Positions 37,301 through 50,350 are shown, counted from the stretch's first letter. The stretch: DNA of 64,000 nt from Tubiluchus corallicola (GCA_030141605.1 JAQGDQ010000222.1:1-64000); one strand, 5' to 3'. Translations and numbers: made by a program. Notes: generated by a model from the letters alone, not told the origin.

Positions 37301-40300
37301 ATTATTTCGTTTTATTATAACTTTTATGCTTAATGACTGAGCTGCAGTATACGCACGGAGTTGATGCTTTCAGGATATGAATAATAATGCTAAAACAAAT
37401 TAGTTTCAATCTTAGTATGCAATAATTATTTGCTAAAAAGTCTAAAAAAATATGTTTTTATTTATATGTATATCAAAGAAACGAGGTCTAAAAGCAATAC
37501 TCAGATTCAGCTCAAAATCGTTTTAGCATTATTAGAAAAAATAAAAAGCCTGGTGTGTTGTAACTTATTTTCATGCTTTTACAATTTCTTTGCTTTGTTT
37601 TGCGTTTTAAAACATTTGCAAATAAACCTTTTTCTTGACTGTTTTTAAATTTCCAAGTCATTCGGCATTTCCAAGTTATTTGCTTATTTAAAGTCGCTTT
37701 AAATTTTTTGGCACTTATATTCAAAGGTTTTTCCAGAAAAGGAAATTAGTCCAGCGAAATAATGTATCGTATGTAGAATTTCCGTTTGAGTCCATAAGTT
37801 ACATACGTTTTAGTTGCTAATTAGACCTATTATAACTGTGCTAAAAACTATTGATAGTTTCAAACGATTAACTACACTAAAAAATTTTTCTATTTTTTGG
37901 ACAGTCGAAAAGTCGGTATACACAAGTGGGGGTTCGGTCTGTGTAATTTTTTTGCATTGTAATGTATTGCATTGTGTTTGCAATGTATTGTAAAGAATTG
38001 TAAAACTGTAGTATGGTGAATATTGTAAATATATATTGTGTGTGTGTGCATGTGTGTATGTTAATATACATATATAATTCATATATAATATATCTTATAA
38101 TATCATATACATATACGATTTACCACACTACAGTTTTACAATTCATTACGCTACATTACAATGCAAAAAACTACAAGACACCTCGCACACAAACATGCAT
38201 ACACACAAATATATATGTGATAAAGCAGTTATATTAATAAATGTTGCTATTTTAATGTTAACGTTACTTATAACCAGAAATATTGTTTTTGTAAGCTAAT
38301 GTTCATAAAACCGACTGTAACATTTGAACATAATGTGCCCATATTAGGCATTAAGTAATTATCGTTACCTGAGTAAAACAATTAAATCCACATCGTTACT
38401 GCAATGAATCAGTCTAATTTAGCTGACAAATAACATAGTAACATATGAACATTGTAATACTTCTTGCGCTCACGTGACGTCCTGCATACAAGGCGAGGTC
38501 TCCTCCAGTACTTGGGTAGGACCGGTCCTTCCTCACGCACGTTGTGGTAATGCAGCTGAATTCGGTCTCCAATGGAAGTTGGCTAAGTTAGCGTCTCTCT
38601 CAGTCTACTTCGTGGGCAGCGGGTAGTCCTTTCCAGGAAGTCTCCACAGCTTTCCATCCAACTGACAGGACACATAGTAGAGTCTCTGGAGATCGGATAA
38701 TGAGAAGGTCATCTCCTCCGAGTTCCCACGCAGAACGGAAGCGATTTAGACCATCGAACGTGAAGTCAAAGGTGACAGTATCTTCATCCAACGAGAAGGT
38801 AATTAGGCTATGTAATGAATGCCTAATTTAACAAATGTCTCTCAGCAGTTGCGTAACTGACGAGGTTTCACCAACAGAACAGGAACAGCGTTCACCAATG
38901 AATAGGAAGAACATAGTAATGAACAAACCATCCATTTCTTGTTCAATCATCGTAAAAGAAAACCATGATATAGTTATACCTGACCATTTTTCAACACGGC
39001 CATTCTACCCTCTCTGCCACGTAGGCCAATATGTCCAATATCCCGGCCTCGAAAGCTAGCCGACCAATCAGAAACGAGTTCTGGGTGAAGTGACCTCAGT
39101 AGTACAGTGACGAAGCTTTCACATTTGTTCAAACACGGGCATAATATTATCATGGAAATAATTGTTGCAAAACGTATTTTCGCTTGAAAAATACAAGTCA
39201 TGTTGAAACGAAACGAATTTCATCTCCTCCTGCCTAATTACATATTTAAGGTAGCTTAACAGCAAAATGGCTTCATTTAATGGTAACTTCATCGAAAATA
39301 ATGCTACTCTTGACTAAAGATGGCAGCACAAGATTGGAACATAAAAATCAATACATCAATATTATCAATCATTAGGTAAACAATTCGTGATACCGTTAAG
39401 ATTAATACTTAAAGTGAAAAATAATTAGTTGCAGTAATCTGCTGGATGGGGGACCATCACACCGACCTAGATGTAAAATTGGCCGAGCCTGGCTAGTTTT
39501 CTTGCAAAAGCACCAATGACAGCGGGAAAGTAGGTGATTTTCGACAAGACGACAGATGTTATTCGTTGATTAGTCGGCTAGAAACAATGCGCGCGATAGC
39601 GGCGCACATATTCCCGATCATGCCTTAGAAAAACTCATTTATGGTTGTTCTATCAATAAATTTACCTTATTTTAGCCGCCGGGTATGGCCGTCACATCAG
39701 GAGATTTGCAGGAATGCAAGAAAGAAGTAGAAGATCTGACTAAACGGGTGGAAAAACTCGAAAATAAACCAGACAAGGAAAATGAAGACGATACAGCTGC
39801 CAGGGATAAAGAAATGGAAGATATGAATGCTAAGATTACAAATCTAGAAACCAAGTTTACTCCTGCTGTAAGTGCCATCCAAAGTGGAATGTTTAGCTTC
39901 ACACATATATATGTATCTGGAAATTTGTTTTTCTAGAATTTTCATTTTGATTTTGTATTTTACATGAGTATCATATGCTAAAATAATATAACAAAATACA
40001 AATAAACGTGCTAAAAATTTGCACAGACAGATTTGTAATGGAAAACCGAAGTTTAACAAAAAAAGAAAGAAATCACCAGCAGCCATAAGTTGTCAAGGAA
40101 AAGAGAAATAAAACTGGACAGCAAAATTTTAACTAAGTAATCATCGCTTTAATTCCCTTTCGCTAGATAAAGAAGCGACAGAAACCATTGATGATGATCG
40201 TGTTACCATTTTAGTAATTTGCCTTGATCAATTTAGGAAAGTTATAAGGGTAGGGCCGACCCTGGTCATTCAATGGGAGCTGTAGTTTTTTTTCAGTAAT

Positions 40301-42437
40301 TTTTATCCGTGAGCATCGTGGATCTAAAGGAACACATACAATGATTTCTTATCGTTTTTATTGTTGACTTTATGTATCGGGTTTTTTTTATACGTTCATA
40401 TTATTTCATGTTAATTCGGAAGCACAGAAAACTAGGGTCATGAAATTGAAGGGCAGACACCTCAGATAAAGGCTCAGGTAATCATTTTGTGAACGATGAC
40501 TTCGATTAAAGGGTCGAAGATACAGTGGATACCGGAACGCTGGGCTATCCACCAATGGCATGCACACTTTCCACGTAGTATCAAGCTGACCCTGACACAT
40601 TTGGTTGTTTTGTGTATTTTATCCGTTCTGAAACTCTTTCCATAACAGTGACGTTACGTATAGTTAGTTATTTTATTCACCCTCTTGCACGCTTCTAATC
40701 CAGTAAACAGTAAATACTCATAAGGAAATACACAAAAACCATAAATCAAATCTAGTGTATGAATAGCTAATATACCATATTTTGTTTTATTAATTAGCTA
40801 TTGTAATTGCGCATTTTCGCAGATTTCAGAATTAGAACAAAAGCTCCAATCTTCTAAAAGGGACTTAACAAACGCGCTTGATACTGAGCGGAGAGAAAGG
40901 TTAGTGAATCTATGCAGTATGCCGTCACAAATTCTTGATACAAACTTAATTACTGCACAATTAAATTTTATCTTCGAGTTTCTAGATTGGATGCTTGTTG
41001 TTGTTGCCTCTCGCGTATGTCTGTCTATGACTTTATCTTGTGTAAACAAATCCTCAGTAAATGTGCATTTAACATTTCTACCACAATAGCATTATATAAA
41101 ATTGTTAAATAAAAAACCGCAATATTAATAGGAATACCAAAGACAACTTGCGTATTTTAATAAGTAATATATCTTACAATAAGCCTAATCCTTTTAGGCT
41201 TCCAATTTTTAATGTAGATATAGTATTGCCCTTATCAAATAGTCTATACAGAGCTGGATATTGTTATTGCATATTGCACGCTGAAATTTTTCCAAAATAA
41301 AATAAAAATAAAAATTTTCAACAATTTTAACAGGGAAGAAGGCGATGAAAAGATAACCGAAGAACTGAAAAAATCTCGCCAGAGGGGAGGACGAGCTGCA
41401 ATTATGTCGCCACACAGCGGCCAAGGAAGGCAATTACCGACAGACGACACCAAAGCAGCTTCACCTGGTGAAATGAAACGCCTAAAAGACAACATGGATA
41501 CGGTAAAATAAAAGGACTTTCCATTTTTTTATGATTGTCAGTAATTTATGGCTGAGAATCTTAAAGTCCTTTCGAGATACTGCGCATGTCCTAAAAACAG
41601 CGCAGTCCTAGTAGCTGGCGAATAAAGAAGAGCAGCTGATTGACGCGGTATGCCACTAAGCGACCGAACAAAAGCAATACTAATCTGGGTCATCAAATAA
41701 ATGTGTGGCTGCCGAAAATCCGCTTCTAACCGGTTTCTTCTCACTGAATCCAAACGCATACGCACCCAGACATGGTTAAGACCCTGCGCTTAACTATCTC
41801 TGGTGATTATGTGTTTTATCATAGAGGAGTTTCCTGAATAGAAAGCTAGGTTTCGCCCCACAACCACCCAAATTAAGGGTGTGGATCTGTGTTGATCTGA
41901 CTTGCAAAGTGCCATACCGTATTACATTTAAAAACCTCCTTTTTTCCAGGTAAAGTTTTACTGTTGCAAGCTGAAGCAATTTTTTCTGCTGTTGTAGGCA
42001 ATGTCCAGTATCAGGAAGCTTGCTGATTCCATTCAAGTTGTGAAAACACAAGCAGGAGTGAAAATCCAAAACGAGTCCAAGACGGTATCTCTATATCATC
42101 ATCGTTATTATCATGATCATCATCATCTCAGTCGCTGCCATTGTCGTTGTAGTTGTCAAAGCCATTATCATCATAATTATATTACGAAAATTGCTTGTCA
42201 CTGAACAAAATTTCTTGATTTTTTCAGTTGCTTTCCATCACGTTGCCTTTTTGACTTTCTACTTCCCCTTTGTCTGTGTCTGTTTGTCTTACCCTATGTC
42301 TCTTTTTTCGCTTTTATTAAATTATTTTCTGTATATTGTGCACGAAGTTAACATTTATATGACGTGTTTTTTTACAGAGAGAAATAGCTTTGAGCAAATT
42401 AGAAGGTGATATAAAGAGATTGGAAAGGAAGCTTTAG
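11901..42437 (+). CDS. Long coiled-coil protein, CCDC154-like (~790 aa, 19 coding exons)
   Basis: Phase-consistent GT-AG exons: 11901-11902 (AT, inferred), 12841-13159, 16173-16294, 28321-28458, 29232-29424, 31440-31519, 32478-32573, 33039-33264, 33896-34024, 34143-34267, 34539-34686, 35660-35788, 36263-36286, 37229-37285, 39676-39867, 40823-40899, 41334-41502, 41998-42084, 42378-42437 (TAG); total 2373 nt, in frame. E/K/Q/L heptad-rich. Segments [29 protein letters not shown] and [27 protein letters not shown] resemble CCDC154 from memory, so the family call is less certain than the gene model. Confidence 0.8.
13340..13550. repeat. (ATATT)n/(ATATC)n/(ATTAC)n pentanucleotide microsatellite
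   Basis: Direct reading. Confidence 0.95.
13600..14150 (+). mobile_element. Non-LTR retrotransposon 3' fragment (RTE-X/CR1-group-like), frameshifted
   Basis: [20 protein letters not shown], then [14 protein letters not shown] in a second frame, then [15 protein letters not shown]: the C-terminal Cys/His region of non-LTR ORF2. Confidence 0.8.
17313..22216 (-). CDS. Cytochrome P450, CYP2 clan (~506 aa, 6 coding exons), nested in an intron of the coiled-coil gene
   Basis: Exons 22216-21838, 21684-21590, 19708-19291, 18657-18424, 18133-17918, 17491-17313; total 1521 nt, in frame. N-terminal TM anchor and PPGSLGLP hinge, C-helix [16 protein letters not shown]-helix [17 protein letters not shown], heme motif [17 protein letters not shown] on the - strand near 17185-17190. 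Confidence 0.95.
18685..19200. repeat. Degenerate (CAT)n low-complexity tract filling CYP intron 3
   Basis: Direct reading. Confidence 0.85.
22542..27351. repeat. Diverged local duplication: A (22542-~23172) and B (25931-26020) recur contiguously as A' (26678-~27258) and B' (27263-27351)
   Basis: tttacgagagattaataaaca..ctacaattaat occurs at 22542 and 26678 with colinear downstream similarity; tagtta.atatttacaata.atga occurs at 25931 and 27263. Confidence 0.9.
24130..25550 (-). mobile_element. 5'-truncated, degenerate non-LTR retrotransposon (RT domain + C-terminal Cys motif)
   Basis: [35 protein letters not shown] (YxDD), [16 protein letters not shown], then [27 protein letters not shown]; multiple frameshifts. 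Confidence 0.9.
30600..31130. mobile_element. Foldback/MITE-like long imperfect inverted repeat
   Basis: ccttttatggag (~30632) pairs with ctccataaaagg (~31088); gtagaaacaaggctagatacatt (~30745) pairs with aatgtagctagccttgtttctac (~30995); centre near 30880. Confidence 0.8.
35225..35440. mobile_element. MITE with terminal inverted repeats; related copy near 54061-54195
   Basis: agtggggtttaccaagcat..gaatgcgtatgcgtt pairs with aacgcataacgcatttcgaatgctaggtaaacgccact; aagtggcgtttatgtagcat recurs at ~54063. Confidence 0.7.
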
Positions 42438-43440
42438 TATTTTTACCATGATTTGCCATGATTGCAACAAGGACAAGGATGAAGAAAAAGCAACGAACTG
42501 GTTATCAGAAATAACAAAGACAATTAATCTTGTCACGGTCGAAATGCAATATAATTGTTAAATATTCTATAATCACAGCGCTGATTAATACATTCTATAT
42601 TTTATTAAAAATTATATCTTTGTTTCCCATATTATTTTTGATATAAAAAGCTGACTAAATTACTCTGTAGTAAACAGGATGGACGTGATAAGCAAATGAA
42701 CGGTTCGACAAAGTTTTTGTTTAAAGTTTTCACTTAGGAAAGAGGAAGGAGAGATACAGGAAGAGGGAGAGAGAGGGGAGGTGAAGGAGTGATAGAAGGG
42801 AAGAAAAAAGGGAGTGTGATTACAGTATAATTTAAAACAAATATGTTACACAATTTGTAGAGTTTTAGGATGCCGTGTTAATTCTGCTGAAAGTCGAATC
42901 GTTCAGTTCGTTCTTAATAATTATTGTTTATTAGGTTTATAATACGTATTATTATTATGCAGTAGACCTATACACATAATTTATATTGTAAGATCATAAT
43001 TAACTTAACCAAATAAAAGCTGAGTACGAAAGGCGGATATGAAACTGTGTAAGTTTGTAATTTGTTTGTTATTAACAGCAGAAGACGAAAGATTTCTTCT
43101 AATTTAATGCACAAAGCATAAGGCAAAATGCAACTACTTTTAGTGTCTTGGAGTGTTCGAAAAAAAGTAGAACAAAAAGGAATATGTTATATCGTTGCTT
43201 GAATGTAATTGCGACGGACTTTTAAAAGTGCGGCGCAGCAGTTGTTTCTGGTTGTAATTATGATCCTACGTCTAAATTCAATGCCGATTTTAATTTTTAT
43301 CACAAATGATGGCGCCACCATCCAACTTAGCAGCTTTGGAGTGAGCGTAACAGCTTTTCATGCAGCACAGCAATACTTGCTTTGTGACTCGTACTGTAGC
43401 TGTCAAGTTGTGCTGTATTGCAGAGGCGTCTATTTTGAGA

Positions 43441-44769
43441 ATGGCTGATAGCAGCGGTGAGTTAAAATATTTAACTGGATTTGGAAATGAGTTTGCTTCG
43501 GAGGACCCGCGGTGTCCAGGTTCTTTACCAAAAGATCAGAATTCACCTCAAAAATGTCCGTACGGTTTGTATGCGGAACAGTTATCAGGCAGCGCTTTTA
43601 CTTGTCCCAGAGAAACGAACAAGAGAAGTTGGTTGTACAGGATTCGACCGTCCGTCATTCACAAGCCGTTCAGGCGTTTTTTCTGCAGTAATCCAAACTT
43701 CAACCATGGCTGGGATGAGAATGATCCGAACCCGAACCAACTGAGGTGGAAACCGTTCACCATACCGACAGAGGGCAAAGTCGATTTTGTTGAGGGTTTG
43801 CATACAGTAGCAGGAGGTGGAGAACCAAAGTCAAGGCATGGACTAGCTATCCATGTATACACGTGCAACACATCTATGACTGATAGATGCTTCTACAGCT
43901 CAGACGGCGACTTGCTTATTGTTCCGCAAGAGGGCATTCTGCACATCACCACAGAATTTGGTAAGCTAAAGGTGGAGCCATGTGAAATTTGTGTTATCCA
44001 ACTTGGAATGAGATTTAGCATTGCAGTGGATGGAGGTTCAAGAGGATATATTCTGGAAGTTTTTGATGGGCATTTTAGTCTTCCAAATCTGGGTCCCATT
44101 GGTGCTAATGGACTGGCTAACCCAAGAGATTTTGTAACACCGGTAGCTTGGTATGAAGACAAGGAAGTGCAAGAATTTTCTGTAATCAATAAATATCAAG
44201 GGCACCTCTTTATGGCTCATCAGTCTCATTCACCATTCGATGTAGTGGCATGGCATGGCAACTATGCACCATATAAGTACGACCTGCGCAAATTTATGGT
44301 CATGAACTGTGTGGCATATGATCATGCTGACCCATCCATTTTTACAGTGCTCACGTGTCAGTCTGCGAAACCAGGTACAGCCATTGCAGATTTTGCCATA
44401 TTTCCACCGCGCTGGAGTGTCCAAGAACACACTTTTAGACCACCATATTATCACAGAAATTGCATGAGTGAGTTCATGGGGTTAATTGTTGGAAGTTACG
44501 AAGCCAAGGAACATGGATTTCAACCAGGTGGGGCAACATTGCACAGCTTGATGACACCACATGGACCAGACACAGAGTGCTTTGAGAAGGCATCTAATGC
44601 TGAACTGAAGCCTGAAAGAGTTGCTGATGGCACAATGGCCTTCATGTTTGAAACATGTCTTGGTCTTAACTGTACAAAGTGGAGTGAACATGAAAGTGGA
44701 AAAGTGGATTATGAGTACTACCAATGTTGGGAGAAATTGCCAAAATTGTTTAATCCCAAAATAAAGTAA
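43441..44769 (+). CDS. HGD: Homogentisate 1,2-dioxygenase, single coding exon (442 aa from ATG 43441)
   Basis: Uninterrupted ORF starting [30 protein letters not shown], with [43 protein letters not shown] and the Fe ligands in [12 protein letters not shown] and TPHGPD. The upstream in-frame ATG at 43360 precedes the homologous region. AATAAA near 45267. Confidence 0.97.
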   Translation: MADSSGELKYLTGFGNEFASEDPRCPGSLPKDQNSPQKCPYGLYAEQLSGSAFTCPRETNKRSWLYRIRPSVIHKPFRRFFCSNPNFNHGWDENDPNPNQLRWKPFTIPTEGKVDFVEGLHTVAGGGEPKSRHGLAIHVYTCNTSMTDRCFYSSDGDLLIVPQEGILHITTEFGKLKVEPCEICVIQLGMRFSIAVDGGSRGYILEVFDGHFSLPNLGPIGANGLANPRDFVTPVAWYEDKEVQEFSVINKYQGHLFMAHQSHSPFDVVAWHGNYAPYKYDLRKFMVMNCVAYDHADPSIFTVLTCQSAKPGTAIADFAIFPPRWSVQEHTFRPPYYHRNCMSEFMGLIVGSYEAKEHGFQPGGATLHSLMTPHGPDTECFEKASNAELKPERVADGTMAFMFETCLGLNCTKWSEHESGKVDYEYYQCWEKLPKLFNPKIK

Positions 44770-47655
44770 GACGTCGTTGTGGTACATGACTTAGAGTAAA
44801 AGTAGATCTGAAAGTATATATATATATATATATATATAATGTAGGCCTACAGTGTACAGTTACTAGTCAGTTAAGTAGTAGAATTTTTTTAATGCTAGTG
44901 TTTTATGAAAATAGTTTCTACCGATTGTTCCAGTGATACCTTTATTGTGTCTGCAAATTATTTCCATTTTTGTTCAATGTGTCATTCTTAGGCAGGTAGC
45001 CCTGATAATTGTAGAAACTTGTTAATAATGCAAACACATTTCTAGACATGTAATGTCAATATAGTAATTTTTAGTTGTGTCTGATAATCACGTGGGGTAC
45101 TAAATCATTAACAAATTGATGTTCTCAGACATTCGTGCTCAAAAATTTTATTTTAATTACTGACCATTTTGTCTTTTCTTTTGTCTTCTCCTAGTACCTT
45201 GTACACTGTTATTATTACGTCGGTAAATATATTTTTTAGTTTACTTTTGTAAAGGTGCCGACTTTAAATAAAGAAATTAGAATGTAGGTCTACTATACTA
45301 GCAATCATTATATAGATTTAATCTATAAATTTATTCTAATGTACACACATGAGACTGAAAGTCAAGGGCATCAGGACGGATGTGCCTCAGAACTGGTATA
45401 TTCTGGTTATATTATTGAAATAACATGAGATCATAATTCAAAGGTACCTATTATATGGGGTAGATGTAGTTTTTTCCTCAAATTTTCTTCCAGTCAACAT
45501 ACATGGTTTCTGAAACCGGAATAGTAATGTGTGTTGTACAAATTGTACATGTACAAACGTTTTGCCATTATTTATTTGCTTGAACAAATAACAATACCTG
45601 TTGCTAGACAGTGAACAATTTTCCATGAAAATTACCTCCTATGATAAAATTTGAGAATTGCAACAAGTTCGATTCCAACTTTATAATTCGTTTTGCAACT
45701 TTGTCCATGTGACCTCCAAATGATCTACTCTTATGACTTATAAGTCGCCTACAACAAATTTTACTTGACGTAGACCCATGTGGAAACGTAGTGACGGGTG
45801 AATTTATTGGATTTCAGCTTTGGTCCCTCCTTACCCTTTAAATGCGGCCTTGACAAAATTTTAGCTTTAAAACACTAATAGACAGAGATTGCAAATAAAC
45901 TTGTGAAATGCGTCACGAACCAAAGATCAAAAGTTACTGGAATGACTTGAACAACATTATATTTGAATTTCCCCAGTGTAGGCCTATATGTAAATTGGAG
46001 TTTAGATTGGAGTTTTAAATAGTGATTTTCAACGTTTTATGATGGAATTTTTAATAGTCGCACAAAATCAACTTTCAACAAACTACTTTCGTTGCCACAT
46101 TACTTATACTTTCACTTTCCAATATTGGTATCAATTTTATCAATCTTATCAATTTTATAAATTTTGTGATCAAGATTAGACCCTTGTCATTCCACCAGTC
46201 AAAAAAGTTATGCATGTTCTTCTCATCCGGTGCTGTAGACTGCCAAAGCCATCACTTTCGCGATAAGTTTTATAGGTTTTTTTGCCAAGTCTTCCCATCT
46301 GCTAGTCTTAAATTTAAACGCTGTGGATTTTTTTGTTACTATTATTATTAGCATGAAGTGGAATGTCGCATCGAGTTGCACGTGCGCAACTGCACATGCA
46401 TGTTGATGTTCTGCCATGTGGTCAGTCATAAGTCACTTTCACTTTTCATACAATTCGGTGCTGCATTCAGTAGAATCGCATGGTTGTACATATGCTGGAA
46501 TTACGAGATACGGTATTTCATAGACAGTGAAATACGCAAAAGTGAAAAGATGTAAAAACTGTCCATTTATAGTGTACAATCATAACTCAACTGAGCAAAT
46601 CTTCTAAAGATATGATGCATTTATGAAATATACTGTAGCTCTATGGTCCAAAAAATTGCGTGAAATGAGCTTTATACTGACTACAGAAACTAATCTGCCT
46701 CATTGCCGTTCGTAAAGTTCCCCATATTGGCCTTGTTGTAACACTAGAGGTAATCCTCTTCCATATTTGATGCAAGAGCTGCCTCTTTCTTTTTAATGCC
46801 ATAAAATAATACTTTATACAAAAAATCGTTTTATACAACGAAATTACGCTATCGATTCATTTACTCTACCAATGCATAAATAAAATGTGAATTTTCGGTG
46901 AACTAAGTCACTTTTTTTGCCGGCAGATGGCAGTTAAGGTCCATCGCTTCCTTAATTAAAGCCGTATTCGATAATAATTTTATCAGCGACACCGTGACTG
47001 AAGTTTTATCAAATGTCACGTAAGCCTACAGCCAACATAAGATTGATAAAAATCGAAAAACAACAATTTAAGAATTGGGCAAATATTTAATATAATTTCA
47101 AATCAAACTTTTAGTAACCTGCTAGACACATTTTGGCATTTATTAGTTTTACATTAATTAATAACAAATTTTACCAATCAGCATAAGCTATACTGGATTT
47201 TCGATGAGCTTGAGAATTTAAATTGAACGCTCTCTTGATAGCTCTCAAACGATAATATAAAGACAGTACTGACATATGTAACATTATAACTGTAACCGAG
47301 CTTATAAATTTCAAACTAGTTTATCAGTCTCAGATTATATTTTCACTAACGTCAAACATTCTAACTAACAATAAATTTAAAGATATGGTACCTTCATACA
47401 GGTCGATTCAAACGATTCTATTCTACTTCTGTTTTGTTCTGTCGTGCGCTGTACATATTTTTTATAGAAGATGGTGAAGAAATTAACTGACATTAAGAAT
47501 ATAAATTAGATAAATTTCTCGTTAGGTGATTTCTCGTTTATGCACTTTGCACCCTGCCGTCTCTCTCGCGCTCTCTCTCTTTCTCTCTTTAAACTAAACT
47601 ATACACTAAATCTCTTTCGTTAGTACATATTTTTATAGAAGATGACGAGGAAATG

Positions 47656-48530
47656 TATGGAGCCCCCGAAGGGCAACTTTGAGCGAAATTATTAATTTGT
47701 GCGCACAAAATACTAATTCGTGGCCGCAAATTACTAATCCGCGTCTACGAAATATTAATTCGTGGCCACAAAATGTTAGTCCGTGCGCACGAGATATTAA
47801 TTCGTGCGCAGAGTTTCAGATTAACGAATGACAACAGCTGCAAGTAGCGACACCTCGCTTATCAATTTCATGAAAAGCTGAGTTAAGCTAGACTTTAAAC
47901 AAGATGCTCATCACTTGCCTATCCCTGATCCGATGCGGATTCACTAACCTGTGACCCAAGCAGTTTGCCCTTTTTTCACATTTTGGTTTCCAGCTCATGC
48001 CAGTTTTAGCTGAGCGCCTACATCAGATTTCTACCTTACAAACTTCATTATTCTATGTACGGTAGTTTTACAGTTATTCAATATTACTGCATTTTGGCCT
48101 TTATCTGGGAGCCTTAAAGAATCGGGTCTATCTGGGAGCCTTGTTAAGCGAGTTGTTGACAAATTAAGAAACCTAGGAAGTGAAATTGTTTATTTTGTTA
48201 GTCAAATGTTCGTTTTGTATACAATTTTATCCGAACTTTTGCCAAGGATTCTTAAACATGAAATTTTCGTGAAGAATAAGGTACGTATTTCTATTCACAA
48301 TATAATCTCAACTTAATTTTGGTGATATTCCCCCTTTAAAAGTCAAAACCACAAAACGTGATTGGTTCGAATCTTTCTGCCATAGCGCCTTTTCAGTAGT
48401 TACGTTATGTAATTCCATCCATGTAATTACTAATCTGTGTGCACAGATTAATAATTCGTGGCCACAAATTAGTATTTCGTGCGTAGGGTTAACTCGTGGC
48501 TACTTTAATTTTCTCAAAATGGCCTTTTCT
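47656..48530. mobile_element. Non-autonomous DNA transposon with inverted arrays of ~21-bp subterminal repeats
   Basis: (aatactaattcgtggccgca)-like units at 47690-47810 and the inverted counterpart at 48430-48505. Confidence 0.7.
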
Positions 48531-48623
48531 CAAAATAGAAATTAGAAATGAACTGACATTAACAAATTAAAGTATGTTAAGGTGACTGATTTCTCGTTAA
48601 TGCACTTTGTACCCTGCCGTCTT

Positions 48624-48662
<39 letters not shown>

Positions 48663-49889
48663 CTCCATCGTTCTCACTCCCTCTCTTTCTCTCTTATTCA
48701 TTCAAACTTCCTTTTAGCTGTTAGACGCAATTCGCCAGCACTCATCAGCAAGCTTGCAATCTGCAATCTGCACATGACCATATAGATTCCAGAATTTCAT
48801 TGCCCGATAAAACAGCAAAGCGGCGGGAGATATTGTGAAGCCGTGTGTGCTAGTTTGCAAATTTGTGCCAAAAATGCTGCTGTTGAAGCCATGTGAGATT
48901 AAATCTGTCATCGTTTCAAGACATCTCGTAATTCCACAGGTTCACGGCATCTAGTTTGCAATATTTGTAAAGTCGGTGTAGCTTGCAGAGGCGTTTGTTT
49001 GACCAAGCAGGTCTGGATTTTATAACAAACAGAGACTCTGTTTGAACATTTTCCCTTAAAATGAATAATTGAGCTGGCTCGTTCGGAATTAAAAGAAATG
49101 TGAGAAACGTGTAGCATGTGAGAGCCGTCTTGTACCATGCCCTGTAAAGTAAAATCTAATAAATAGTTTCAAACACGTGCCACTGCTATTGCCGTTGTAC
49201 CACTATACCCCTATTCATTACACCCCGGTAGTTCAAACTCTGTTTTAAGTTACCCGGGGTGTTTCTAAACTAGGTGAAATGTACCTTCCAGGGCATCTGA
49301 AAATTAGTTTAGAAATTCCTCCACTAGTTTCAAATTACCGCTTCCATAAAACAAAGCCTAACGCAATTGATTTTTTTTACTTCTAGATAATACCATAGTA
49401 GTTTTCTGAAAGGAAATCACTGCAGTTTGCAATTTAAAAAGTGCAATTTTTCTAGCGTTGCAGAAATGAACAATAATCTTGCGCGAAAAATTGCTTTGTA
49501 ACACGTTCGTGTGACGTACAGCATAACTTTTCACTTGTTATGTATATACCGTTTATACGACATTTATCTCTTGTAGTGAAGTAGTTAAGTCATATACTGA
49601 AAGGATTGTGCATTTAATGACGAAAGCATGAAATTTTCCCAGAGCTTTGATAGACCATGAAGTTTATTTTCAGATGCGGACGCATTTTAGATTTGACCCC
49701 TGGGACTAGGTATAGGGCAAGGACTTTCAGGCTGTCAAATTATTAATTTTTCTTACTTTTTCAGAGACATGACAGAAATTCTCACCATTAATGTTCTGTT
49801 TGTACAGTCTTATCGCACATATATTATATATAACTGCAGTACATAGTGTTTCAAGAAAGGAAAACACGAAAAAATCGCGACAAAGTAAA

Positions 49890-50350
49890 TTTTCGCCGGC
49901 CTGTGAGCTATTGCAATAGCACATGGGTCATTGTCAGTCATCGGTGGTGGCGGCATTAGTATCTGCACAAGGTTGCTGGTTAAAGATAGCTTGGCGAAAA
50001 CTTATGTCACTATTTGCCATATCTTCTAGTACTAAAACTCAATATTTGGAGTCAAAAGGTCAAAGGTCAAGTTTTCAAGAATCAGTTTCCGTATGCTAAA
50101 TCAACTTAGAATTGAAAAATTCAAAATGCACAATGGAATTACTCATTACTCACGTCTCATACATATGGAATGTGGGTGTCAACGGTCAAAGATCAAGGTC
50201 ACAGATCAAAATTATTTTCATATCAGTGTTCAGATGATAGTTCAACTCTGAATCGACAAATTGTAATCAAACTTCAAAATGTATCGCTTATCCCTCCCGG
50301 AATACCTCTTTTAACTGTTTGGTCGAAAGATTAAAATCATGTCATATATC
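49890..50350 (+). mobile_element. Helentron-associated (HINE/DINE-like) interspersed repeat
   Basis: gtgagctattgc head, short GTC/GGC microsatellite, recurrent ggtcaaaggtca motifs; resemblance to mollusc-type HINE repeats is from memory. Confidence 0.5.

Noticed and set aside
43441-44769. Bacterial horizontal transfer or contamination as the cause of the intronless HGD
   Set aside because: The protein has the animal-type N-terminus and sits in host-like flanks with a polyA signal.
43481-44787. Several overlapping and antisense ORFs over HGD
   Set aside because: Shadow ORFs of a real coding sequence with no independent motifs.
48714-49142. Possible - strand exon after a tttacag acceptor between HGD and TRAF
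   Set aside because: No recognisable protein in any frame and no partner exons found; it could be non-coding but is unsupported.
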